Notes under the pieces: generated by a model
Told to the model about the DNA's origin: nothing
Databases searched by the model: none
Seen by the model: only the letters and a program-made list of their open reading frames with translations
Made by a program: the position numbers and the translations under genes
In this document: positions 46,710 to 55,308 of the stretch, piece after piece
How the letters are laid out: each line of letters begins with the position of its first letter
Position numbering within the stretch: position 1 is the first letter of the stretch
Origin: a virus
Taxonomy: Duplodnaviria > Caudoviricetes
DNA: 64,000 nucleotides
Virus record (IMG/VR): IMGVR_UViG_3300042356_000309
Coordinates: 2,235 to 66,234 of that record
Reading direction: 5' to 3' (one strand)

Positions 46710-46735
46710 AAAAAAAATCCTCGCAAGAGGATTTG
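46710..46735 (-). terminator. intrinsic terminator
   Basis: AAATCCTC-GCAA-GAGGATTT with an A tract. Confidence 0.75.
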
Positions 46736-46748
46736 TTTTTAGTTTGCG

Positions 46749-47183
46749 TTATAAACTGTGTGTAAATATTTCTATATATAAATTTGATATTGCCCCATTT
46801 GCAGCCAATCCAGAAAGATAACTCTTGAATGACACTGAATTAGCTCCACCAAAAATAAATTCAAATGCCTTGTCTTTTGAGTTAGAAACCGATATTATAC
46901 AGCCAGATTTTCCAGATGCAAATGTTCCAGTAGAAGTAAATAAAAAATCACCTACACCAACATATGTCCATGTTCCAGCTATTGTGTTTCCAGGTACCTC
47001 AACAGTAGTTGGGGCTGATGTTGAAACCTGGCTAATGTATGCTCTATATACCTTTTGAGATGTCTGAATATCATATAAAGATTGAGCAGTAATGTTTTTA
47101 GTATTACCAGTTGTTGCATCTGAAGCTAGAATCTTATCTCCAGGACTTGGAGCTGTTACAGCGTAATTATTAATTTTTCCCAT
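46749..47183 (-). CDS. virion fibre/decoration-type protein
   Basis: DKILxSD...TKN N-terminus and beta-rich KVYRAxISQ...P domain. Confidence 0.6.
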   Translation of the reverse strand: MGKINNYAVTAPSPGDKILASDATTGNTKNITAQSLYDIQTSQKVYRAYISQVSTSAPTTVEVPGNTIAGTWTYVGVGDFLFTSTGTFASGKSGCIISVSNSKDKAFEFIFGGANSVSFKSYLSGLAANGAISNLYIEIFTHSL

Positions 47184-47243
47184 ATTGCAAATTTAATAAA
47201 TAAAACAATATACTTTTTACAGTAGCATACTGTTTTGTAAAAA

Positions 47244-47384
47244 CTATTTACCTTGACCTCTATATGCCTTTCTGTAATTCTTGCTGCTTTTGAGTCTGCT
47301 TATCTTAGTCTTAGCGTGAACACCAGGACGCTCAACGTGTTTTGCTACTCTAGCAACTAAATCTTGTACCTTTAACTTAGCCAT
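47244..47384 (-). CDS. small basic protein ending YRGQGK (46 aa)
   Basis: Hand translation MAKLKVQDL...RPGVHAK...KNYRKAYRGQGK. Confidence 0.75.
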   Translation of the reverse strand: MAKLKVQDLVARVAKHVERPGVHAKTKISRLKSSKNYRKAYRGQGK

Positions 47385-48060
47385 TTCTTAGTGATTTTAA
47401 CATTTCTATTATCTTAGGTTGAGGCGTGATATCAATCTTGTCTCTTCTATATGAGTTGTGAGTATATAACCCATTTGCTCCAGACAGTGCATTCTTTGAT
47501 ACTGTCCACATATCATTCTCCTTATAAGTTATATCTATACCATAGATCTTGTTCCAGTACTGCAATAGATTCTTAACCGACTCTATCTGCTTGTCTGTAT
47601 ACAAATGAAAGTGCTTGTATCCCTTATAAGAGTCAGATAGTGTACACACCTGATCAGCAGGAACTTCCTTATCTACGTAGTTGTAGAACTTAGATCCTAC
47701 CTTATCTAGTGCTCCCCAGTTACATATCTCAATACCTATTGATAACTTGTCTAGGTTCTGGTATGTAACCTTGTTAGCAGAGAACACCTCCTGCTTTACA
47801 CCTAAGTGATATGCCCAGTACTTAGAAGAGAATCCCTGTACGATCTCTCCGTCATACGAGTTTGTTGAACCCTTTCCAGAAATAGCAACGCAAGTGGCGA
47901 TTCTGCCCCTGTCATCGTTATTCCAGTTGATCATTGTGTTCAATGCTGAAGAGTTTCCAGCAGTGTGATGTAAAACTATTTGTTTTTTAGCAGTCTCTTC
48001 CTTAAGGTACTGTGATTCTGATAGAGAGTACTGCTTAATTTTTGATAAAAAATCTGACAT
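47377..48060 (-). CDS. endolysin, N-acetylmuramoyl-L-alanine amidase (Amidase_2 type)
   Basis: IVLHHTAG, WAYHLG, SIGIEI and THxxxxxDKxD motifs. Confidence 0.9.
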   Translation of the reverse strand: MSDFLSKIKQYSLSESQYLKEETAKKQIVLHHTAGNSSALNTMINWNNDDRGRIATCVAISGKGSTNSYDGEIVQGFSSKYWAYHLGVKQEVFSANKVTYQNLDKLSIGIEICNWGALDKVGSKFYNYVDKEVPADQVCTLSDSYKGYKHFHLYTDKQIESVKNLLQYWNKIYGIDITYKENDMWTVSKNALSGANGLYTHNSYRRDKIDITPQPKIIEMLKSLRNG

Positions 48061-48061
48061 A

Positions 48062-48556
48062 TTAATATTTATTAAATTTAAGTAGTGCTATTGATGCCAA
48101 TAAAAGTCCTGCGGCAATAACCCATATCCATGGACCCTTCTTATTTTCTTGTCTTGTCTGAACTATTTCAGCCTTCTTAGTCTGCTTGTGCTGCTTATCG
48201 TCTGACTTCAGCTGCATCTTTAGGCTATCGTTCTGTAGTTTCATCATCTTTTCTAGGTGATCAAACATATCCTGCATCGCCTTTCTTTCTTGTCTAGTGA
48301 TGCCGCTAGTTATAGTATTCGTAACAGTATACGGAAAGCTGTCACGTATAATTTGTTTAGTCTCATAAGATTTGGTTATGTTATTGAATACTGTATCTGT
48401 ATCATATACGTACTGCCAAACAGTGTCTGGTTTAATCACAGCACCCTTTCTTTTTGCTATCTCTATATGCTTCTTTGCCTTAGACAAATGCTTCTCTACT
48501 GAACAAGAAAAAATAGTTACAGCACAACAGCAAATAATAATTATTCTACAGATCAT
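48062..48556 (-). CDS. putative unimolecular spanin
   Basis: Lipoprotein signal (IFSC) plus a C-terminal TM helix; lies between holin and endolysin. Confidence 0.65.
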   Translation of the reverse strand: MICRIIIICCCAVTIFSCSVEKHLSKAKKHIEIAKRKGAVIKPDTVWQYVYDTDTVFNNITKSYETKQIIRDSFPYTVTNTITSGITRQERKAMQDMFDHLEKMMKLQNDSLKMQLKSDDKQHKQTKKAEIVQTRQENKKGPWIWVIAAGLLLASIALLKFNKY

Positions 48557-49058
48557 CCTTTGTCTCTTTTATAAATCCAGTAAAGTACTTTATCACATCT
48601 CTAATCTTCTTGGTCATCTGCCAAACAGTCTTAAGAATATTGTTACCAGTTATGTCAAAATAATTCTCGTTAATCGAAGATAATTCGATTAAGCAGAAAA
48701 TAATTAACAGAAAGTTGGTACATATTGCTTGTGTTGGCAACTCTATAGCCACTCCAAAATACTTTATTGACCCATCTATAAACGGAGTCAAAGCATAAAA
48801 ATCTATCGGGAATAATGCTATTGCAAATAGAAGATATCCAGCACCCTTGTAGATGTATCCTTTTCTAAGCATGTTAGATCTGAACACATCTCTAAATAAT
48901 CTTCCTTCCTTGTTGGCTAATCTTTTTAGAGATATAAGTTTTACAAGTGTATCAATAACCATCATAAATATAAGAAGTATTACACACAACTCTATTGGTG
49001 TAAAGAAGCTGAACACTCCTATTATTAGTGACGTTAGCTTCTTCACCTTATCGTACAA
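48546..49058 (-). CDS. holin
   Basis: Several TM segments, D-T motif and ExxSIxEN...G motif. Confidence 0.8.
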   Translation of the reverse strand: MYDKVKKLTSLIIGVFSFFTPIELCVILLIFMMVIDTLVKLISLKRLANKEGRLFRDVFRSNMLRKGYIYKGAGYLLFAIALFPIDFYALTPFIDGSIKYFGVAIELPTQAICTNFLLIIFCLIELSSINENYFDITGNNILKTVWQMTKKIRDVIKYFTGFIKETKDDL

Positions 49059-49360
49059 TTATTAGACGTTCCATTTCCGCACCCATACACGTTACATACC
49101 CTAACATCACAATATATTACAGATCCAGACCATCCTGATTCTATAAATAAATCTTGCTCTGTCTGCTCTTCAATTACCTCTTCATCTTTATACCATACAA
49201 ATCTAGGCTGAGATGTACCGTAGTTCCATGTACCTATATCACATGTAATTGTAGTATTAATTACTCCAGTTCTTGGTATACTTGGAGGAGTAGTATTTAC
49301 TGGTACTCCAGTAAACCTTACCTTATTTGTTTGTGATGATGTGAAACCGAATCCAAACAT
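49043..49360 (-). CDS. Ig-like virion protein
   Basis: PVNTxPPxI...TCxxGTW...W...C-x-V...N-x-x-G pattern. Confidence 0.65.
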   Translation of the reverse strand: MFGFGFTSSQTNKVRFTGVPVNTTPPSIPRTGVINTTITCDIGTWNYGTSQPRFVWYKDEEVIEEQTEQDLFIESGWSGSVIYCDVRVCNVYGCGNGTSNNCTIR

Positions 49361-49653
49361 TACTTCAATACTAAAACAACGCTTCCAGAAGCTAGTTCAA
49401 CCTTTGAAAATGGGCTCCCTATAGACAAAGGAGTTATAATAGCTCCAGCCTTAACAGCTAATAATGGATCTGCAATCTGAAGAGAAAGAACAGGCGTTAC
49501 AACCGTTCCAGTTGGATCAGTTACCTCTAAAGTATCAAAAATTGTATCCTCTAGAACAGATATCATATATACTGTACCTGTATATGCTGATGTGTCGTTT
49601 AAAATGTATGACCCACCTCTTGCTGTTAGTATTTCTCCGTATGAATTTGGCAT
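49360..49653 (-). CDS. small beta-rich virion protein
   Basis: ORF track; AGxII...FSxVxLxSGSV motif. Confidence 0.65.
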   Translation of the reverse strand: MPNSYGEILTARGGSYILNDTSAYTGTVYMISVLEDTIFDTLEVTDPTGTVVTPVLSLQIADPLLAVKAGAIITPLSIGSPFSKVELASGSVVLVLK

Positions 49654-49665
49654 AACTATTAGTTT

Positions 49666-49932
49666 TTATTTTTTTGTACTCTTACCATTTGAGCCGTTTC
49701 TTGCTCTATTATTTTTAAAGTATTCCTTAACAATACCGCCTCCTCTCGTGTGGCTCATGTCCATGTTGTCTCCATTTCCATATGTCCCAGCATTTCTGTT
49801 GGCCTTGTTAAGCTCTACCCTCTTATCCTTCTCTTTCTTTGACTTATTATACTCCTTCTGGTACTCAAGTCTTTTATTTCTAGCCTCTGAATTTTCAGCG
49901 TAATACTTCGCTGTCCTCCCCTTTGTTGCCAT
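49666..49932 (-). CDS. basic protein with degenerate HNH-like motif
   Basis: GDxxDxSH...NRARNG motif. Confidence 0.7.
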   Translation of the reverse strand: MATKGRTAKYYAENSEARNKRLEYQKEYNKSKKEKDKRVELNKANRNAGTYGNGDNMDMSHTRGGGIVKEYFKNNRARNGSNGKSTKK

Positions 49933-50095
49933 ATGGAAACATGTTATTTAGTTTCTCTTGTCTTTCATTACATCCACAGTCTCCAATGATACCTAGTTCC
50001 TTTGCTTGTTCAATAGCATACTTTATTCCTGTATACTTTGTTACCATTGCAACGGTATCACCTAAACCTTTCTGTTTTGAAAGAACCTTAATCAT
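49895..50095 (-). CDS. conserved phage protein (KGLGDT...CGC)
   Basis: KGLGDTV...TGIK...DCGCxxRQxxLN motif. Confidence 0.75.
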   Translation of the reverse strand: MIKVLSKQKGLGDTVAMVTKYTGIKYAIEQAKELGIIGDCGCNERQEKLNNMFPYGNKGEDSEVLR

Positions 50096-50262
50096 TTCAT
50101 TCTCTTGAGACCGTTCTTCATTGATGACATTACAGCCATCTTAACCATAGCCTCTGAAGCCTCTTCTGCTAATTCTTTAGCGTCTTTCTGACTTTTCTTA
50201 GCTTTAATCAACTTATCGATATAAGTATCATAAATACCTTCTGGTTTCTTCATGTTTTTCAT
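50092..50262 (-). CDS. small basic protein (56 aa)
   Basis: Hand translation; TATATTTG 4 nt upstream of the ATG. Confidence 0.6.
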   Translation of the reverse strand: MKNMKKPEGIYDTYIDKLIKAKKSQKDAKELAEEASEAMVKMAVMSSMKNGLKRMK

Positions 50263-50281
50263 AATGCAAATATAAGTATTT

Positions 50282-50590
50282 TTACAATATAATTTCTACG
50301 TTATATCCTAAATTTTCATAAACCGTCTTAGTACAGTTTAATGCTGTATTAATGCTTTGAGGAGAACCATCATATATCTCTACTGTAAATGATCCTTGTT
50401 GAACATCTGTATATAGAGGCATATTTTGAATATATGTGTCCTTACTTGCATAAGTAACTACAGCTATCTCTAAAGTTTTACCATCTGCTCTACCAGCAAA
50501 TTCTATTCTTCCATAGACATTTAATAAATCTATTTCAGTTCCTGCTATTTTTATAGGCTTAGCATCTGTAGCCTTAATTAATAATCCCAT
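50282..50590 (-). CDS. putative tail fibre assembly protein
   Basis: Directly downstream of the tail fibre; MGL...YxRI pattern. Confidence 0.55.
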   Translation of the reverse strand: MGLLIKATDAKPIKIAGTEIDLLNVYGRIEFAGRADGKTLEIAVVTYASKDTYIQNMPLYTDVQQGSFTVEIYDGSPQSINTALNCTKTVYENLGYNVEIIL

Positions 50591-50600
50591 ATTTATAAAT

Positions 50601-52244
50601 TTATGCTAATAATCCAACATTTCGTAATGCTTGTACTACCTGTTGCAATGTGTAACCACCAAATGTATCTGTACTTGTTAATGTTGTACCACCACCACTT
50701 ACCAAAGTTGCTCCTGCTACTCCTGTAGTAGGTTGCACTATTGGAGTTTTATTCCAAAATGCAAACTTTTGATTTGTTGCCGCACCTATTTTTGTTCCTG
50801 TACCTGTATCAAAATAAATATCACGACCTGCACCAAATGTTAATGCATCCGACCATTGACCTTTTATAGTAACTTGTGGTGTACCTGCACTATTACAGAA
50901 TTCCATCATTGATCCATTTGATGTAGTACGTAGATTATAAATTGATGTACCTGCAGTATTAAATATTCTTTGTACATTATCATTTGCATTACCTGCATAT
51001 ACGAATAATGCACCGCCTGTATCTGTCATGCCTGAAGTTCCGCAAGTCATACGGCTGCTTACACTAGCATATCCATTCCCTTGCACATCAAATAAATTTG
51101 CTGTATTAGCTGAATTCCGAACTCTGAATCCGATATCTGTACTGAGTGCCCCTTGCGCCCTAACATCTAATCTTACAGTAGTAGCAGGCGTTGCACCTAT
51201 ACCAAGCCTTTTATTAGTATTATCCCAAAATAATGCAGAATCTTGACCTACAACATTACCTCCATTTTGGAATAATACCCTTCCTACTGTACCAGAAGCT
51301 ATTGGTGTTGTGCCTACTGTAATACTTGATGATGCATTTTGAGCCACCCATAATGATCCATTATATGTTAATACGTTACCGTTTACTGGCGGAGTGGTTA
51401 TAAGATCAACATCATGTATCTCATCTAACTCGTACCCATTCTGAACCCTTACATATATCTGTCCGTTACCAGCGTTTGCTCTCTCAACAATGCCTGCATA
51501 AACCAAGTGATTTGGTGCATATGGTTTAGTAGAAGTAAGAGTACCTGCCGTAGCTCCTACATATAACGTAGCTCCTGGAGAATACATAGATGTGTTCAAG
51601 TTCTGTATTACACCCTGCGTTATAATAAAACCTGTGCCGTTAGCAGCAATAGAGCTGCTAAATACAAGTCCTACAGTCTTCGCAGAAGTTGCGTCACTCG
51701 TGTTAGCAGCAAGCTTAACAGACATCCTGTCTCCTACTGCTCCAAATGCGTATACTGGTTGACCTTTGTTTATTGTTACACTGTCGGCATTAGTAACGTA
51801 TGCAAACATCTGATTCGGTTTTATACCGATCATCTGAAAGTTCGTTCCATCGTAAATAACTAAAAACTCTTGCCCTACACGTATGTCTCCACCAGTCAAT
51901 ATTACATCGTTGTTTTTAACAAGACTTACAGCACCAATGCTGTTAATGTTCAATGTAGCACCGTTGACATTATTCGTGTTGAACTTTATAATATAAGCAT
52001 CATTAGTAGTGTATGACGTTACACCAGTTATTGTTGTTGTATAAATATCTGTTACTGCCGCAGTAGCCGTACCACTCTTTATTCCTCCACCAGCACTTAC
52101 TGTGGACCACGTACCATCACCTCTTAAATACGTAGTATTATCCGCAGTACCTGTACCCAAGTTAAATGTAGGTATCTTGTCCTCTTGAGAGAATGGTATT
52201 ATTTTATCTAGAACCTTCTTAAGTGGTCTTGGGAAAATACTCAT
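50601..52244 (-). CDS. tail fibre / receptor-binding protein
   Basis: Gly/Thr/Asn-rich; TYLRGDGTW, ELDEIHDV...LxYN...W and LFWDNTNKRLGIG motifs; ATG at 52244 preferred. Confidence 0.85.
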   Translation of the reverse strand: MSIFPRPLKKVLDKIIPFSQEDKIPTFNLGTGTADNTTYLRGDGTWSTVSAGGGIKSGTATAAVTDIYTTTITGVTSYTTNDAYIIKFNTNNVNGATLNINSIGAVSLVKNNDVILTGGDIRVGQEFLVIYDGTNFQMIGIKPNQMFAYVTNADSVTINKGQPVYAFGAVGDRMSVKLAANTSDATSAKTVGLVFSSSIAANGTGFIITQGVIQNLNTSMYSPGATLYVGATAGTLTSTKPYAPNHLVYAGIVERANAGNGQIYVRVQNGYELDEIHDVDLITTPPVNGNVLTYNGSLWVAQNASSSITVGTTPIASGTVGRVLFQNGGNVVGQDSALFWDNTNKRLGIGATPATTVRLDVRAQGALSTDIGFRVRNSANTANLFDVQGNGYASVSSRMTCGTSGMTDTGGALFVYAGNANDNVQRIFNTAGTSIYNLRTTSNGSMMEFCNSAGTPQVTIKGQWSDALTFGAGRDIYFDTGTGTKIGAATNQKFAFWNKTPIVQPTTGVAGATLVSGGGTTLTSTDTFGGYTLQQVVQALRNVGLLA

Positions 52245-52261
52245 ATTGTTTGTTCTTGTCG

Positions 52262-52280
52262 CAAATTTAGCATATTTTTG
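52262..52280. promoter_or_regulatory. back-to-back divergent -7 promoter elements
   Basis: TAAATTTG on - (52262-52269) and TATTTTTG on + (52273-52280). Confidence 0.6.
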
Positions 52281-52286
52281 CGACAT

Positions 52287-52802
52287 ATGGTCCCAGTAGT
52301 CAAAAGAAAAAAGGTATACGTAAAGAAAAGGAAGCGAAAGGTTCTTATATGTGATCGTACCGAAGTTAAGTTCAACTACATGAAGTACTACCGTGTTGTC
52401 CGTTACTGGGCAATGCGTACCTACGACATCACTACACCAGAACTTGAGATGCTGTTCTTTCTCTATGATGAGAAACTGTTCACCATCTCTAAGTTTGATA
52501 AGTACGACAACATATTCTCCTGGAACACAAGAAGGCTATACAAGCTACAGAACAAGGGTCTTGTTCACGTATGGAGACCAGCAGGTCACCAAGAGGCTAG
52601 ACTATACGAGCTTACGTACAAGGCAAAGCGCATGATATTCAGCATATATAAAAAGCTAAATGGGGAAGAACCAATCCCAACATCAGAAAGGCGCAACCCC
52701 ATTTTTAGGAAGAATAGCAGCTACACCGATAAGGTGTATGCCATGGCAATCAAAGACTTCAATAACGAGATCAAAGAATCAAAGCCACGTCTCTATACAT
52801 AA
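52287..52802 (+). CDS. MarR-like winged-helix protein, the only + strand gene in the late arm
   Basis: YxITxxELEMLFFL...L...GLV...YELTxKAK pattern. Confidence 0.7.
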   Translation: MVPVVKRKKVYVKKRKRKVLICDRTEVKFNYMKYYRVVRYWAMRTYDITTPELEMLFFLYDEKLFTISKFDKYDNIFSWNTRRLYKLQNKGLVHVWRPAGHQEARLYELTYKAKRMIFSIYKKLNGEEPIPTSERRNPIFRKNSSYTDKVYAMAIKDFNNEIKESKPRLYT

Positions 52803-53052
52803 TTATCCTGTAGTTCTTATCGTTCATCCTGTAGTCGTGACCCTGCACAGAGTCATACGCAACCACGTCACCAGTTTTTATTACTGGGTTACCATCCTCG
52901 TCATACGGTAGATCCTCACTAGCGAGTATTACCTCAGCCTGCTGGTATCTCTGTTTTGCTGTCTCCATTCCAGAAAGTAGGAGCCCTGTACTGGACTCCT
53001 GTCTCTCTAACTCCATAGGTAGTACAACAATGAAACTATTCAACGCTTTCAT
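52771..53052 (-). CDS. groES: co-chaperonin GroES
   Basis: STGLLL mobile loop; GDVVxY and IIxxxDV motifs; adjacent to groEL. Confidence 0.85.
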   Translation of the reverse strand: MKALNSFIVVLPMELERQESSTGLLLSGMETAKQRYQQAEVILASEDLPYDEDGNPVIKTGDVVAYDSVQGHDYRMNDKNYRIIMYRDVALIL

Positions 53053-54631
53053 TCTCTCTTACGTTTGTTATTATCGCATTAGTACTTAGTATAGTTGTTG
53101 CCACAGAAACTGCGTTCTTGATGGCGTTCTTTGTTACCTTAGCTGGATCAATGATACCCATCTTGATCATGTCTCCATACTTGTCGTTCTTCACATCGTA
53201 ACCGTATCCATCCTTGTTGAACACGATGTTGTTGTAGCACTCCTCTGGATCTACTCCAGAGTTCGTACATATCTTGTACAACGGAGACTTCACAACGCTA
53301 GACATGATGTTGTAAGCTATCTCACGCTCTACTGTTGATCCGTTCTTAACCTTAGACATCGCATTGATTAGCGATATTCCACCACCTGGTAGAATGCCTT
53401 CGTCAATCGCTGCCTTCACTGCCAACACCGCATCGTCAACACGGTCCCTCAACTCCTTCTGCTCGATGTCAGAGTCTGCACCTACGTATATAATACCTAT
53501 ACCTCCAGAGATGTTGGCGATACGCTCGTTCAAGAAGTTGATATAGCTCTCGTCCTTCTCCTCCTCGATCAGCATCTTAAGGTCGGCAACGTGTGACTGA
53601 ACGTCACTCTTTTCAATGTAGTCCTCGTCTGGAATGATCACCGTTGAGTCCTGCCCGATAATAATCTTCTTGGCCTTACCCAACCCATCAAACGTACACA
53701 ACGCCAAGTTGTCTCCAGTTGCCTGGCTGTAGTAGTGGCCTCCGAGAGATACTGCGATGTCCTCCATCAGCTCGTCCTTACGGTATCCCATTGATGGTGG
53801 AATGATGTTGCAGAACCTGATCTTCTTCTCAAGAACGTTCATGTTAATTGTCGCTGCTACCTGTGGTGACAGCTGACCAATCACCAACAACGGGATACGC
53901 TCAGCTACTATGCGCTTAAGTATTGACTCAATGTGTGATAGGTTAACGATCTCGTGGTCCGTGATCAGTACGTATGCATCCTCGAACACACACTCCATCC
54001 TCCTGTTGTCTGTAACGAAGTGTCGTGATGTCCAACCACGCTGCACCCTAATACCGTTGATGATCTCTGAGTAGGTGTCGTTCGTCTTGGTGTTGTTCTC
54101 AACGGTCACAAACTTAACCTTGTCATACACGTCAGCGATTAGTTTACCAGTCACTGGGTCGTTGTTAGATGAGATCGTTGCAACGTCTAGTAATCGTCTA
54201 TCCTTAACTGGCTTAGCCATCTTACCAAGGTTCGTCACGATCTCGTCACAGATCGACTGTATAGACCTAAGAACCTCTGTCTTGTTGAACTTCTGGTACA
54301 TGCCAGTGATCCAGTCATACACATCGATCAGCTCTCTTGTCAACACGATGCTCGTTGTTGTACCGTCTCCAGCCATCTTCGCTGTATTCGATGCAGCCTC
54401 ACGCACGAGTTGTACCGCCAAGTTCTCAACTGGGTTATACAGGTTGATTGACTTTGCTACCGTTACACCGTCCTTGGTAACTGTAACCCCTCCGACATGT
54501 TGCTCAGACTCTATCAGAACGGTCTGACCACCTGGGCCTAGTGTTGATGCAACTGCGTCAGATATCTTATTTATACCGTTCTTCAGTTGATTTCGACCCT
54601 TTTCGTCTAAAAATATTTGTTTTATTACCAT
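53036..54631 (-). CDS. groEL: chaperonin GroEL
   Basis: TLGPxG, TKDGVTVAK, GDGTTT, GILPGGG and GIIDPAKV motifs. Confidence 0.95.
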   Translation of the reverse strand: MVIKQIFLDEKGRNQLKNGINKISDAVASTLGPGGQTVLIESEQHVGGVTVTKDGVTVAKSINLYNPVENLAVQLVREAASNTAKMAGDGTTTSIVLTRELIDVYDWITGMYQKFNKTEVLRSIQSICDEIVTNLGKMAKPVKDRRLLDVATISSNNDPVTGKLIADVYDKVKFVTVENNTKTNDTYSEIINGIRVQRGWTSRHFVTDNRRMECVFEDAYVLITDHEIVNLSHIESILKRIVAERIPLLVIGQLSPQVAATINMNVLEKKIRFCNIIPPSMGYRKDELMEDIAVSLGGHYYSQATGDNLALCTFDGLGKAKKIIIGQDSTVIIPDEDYIEKSDVQSHVADLKMLIEEEKDESYINFLNERIANISGGIGIIYVGADSDIEQKELRDRVDDAVLAVKAAIDEGILPGGGISLINAMSKVKNGSTVEREIAYNIMSSVVKSPLYKICTNSGVDPEECYNNIVFNKDGYGYDVKNDKYGDMIKMGIIDPAKVTKNAIKNAVSVATTILSTNAIITNVRENESVE

Positions 54632-54670
54632 AAATTTGATTAAATTCTATGCAAATATATAAAAAATAAG

Positions 54671-54699
54671 TAAGCCCACAACTGTGGGCTCGATTTTTT
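54671..54699. terminator. intrinsic terminator hairpin
   Basis: AGCCCACA-AC-TGTGGGCT with A/T flanks. Confidence 0.65.
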
Positions 54700-54700
54700 A

Positions 54701-55201
54701 TTACTTTCCTAACCATTTATCTACTAACTCCTTTCCGTAAATACGTATGTAGTGTTTCTTTAAATGTTTAACTTGAAAAACATGATCTTCATGTGATAAC
54801 TGACTAACATATAGATGAGATGTTTCTTCAAAATTTAATAGTACCATGAAGTAGTGCTCTCCATCATCTGTAATTATCTCCCACTCTTTTCTGCAATCTA
54901 CATCTCTATATGATGGAACTTCATACGAATCATCTCCAAACTCACTAGCTATGTTGTATGCATACTCTATCATGTCTTCCTTCATTCCATACATCCCCTT
55001 TCCCATTGAAGTCCTTTGATTATTATCTATATAAAACCAAACGTATGGATCTGAAGCTAGAACACTGTCTACTATGTATGGATTATCAAATGAACCTTTT
55101 TCTGCTGTTGTGTCTATATACACACCATATTCATAATACTCTAACTGTGCATTTATTACTCCTGTAACTGCTAATGCTAATGCTAAAACTATCTTTTTCA
55201 T
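54701..55201 (-). CDS. secreted/periplasmic protein with Sec signal peptide (moron-like)
   Basis: MKKIVLALALAVTGVINA|Q; has its own upstream motif and a downstream terminator. Confidence 0.7.
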   Translation of the reverse strand: MKKIVLALALAVTGVINAQLEYYEYGVYIDTTAEKGSFDNPYIVDSVLASDPYVWFYIDNNQRTSMGKGMYGMKEDMIEYAYNIASEFGDDSYEVPSYRDVDCRKEWEIITDDGEHYFMVLLNFEETSHLYVSQLSHEDHVFQVKHLKKHYIRIYGKELVDKWLGK

Positions 55202-55308
55202 AATACTAGAATTTAATTTGTTTTCACTTATAACTCCAATATATACAAAAAGTAACATCCGATCAAAAAAAATTTAATCGGATGCACAAAAAATTATTTA
55301 TTTATTTA

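Noticed and set aside
50601-52244. Diversity-generating retroelement target in the tail fibre
   Set aside because: No reverse transcriptase and no TR/VR repeat pair seen.
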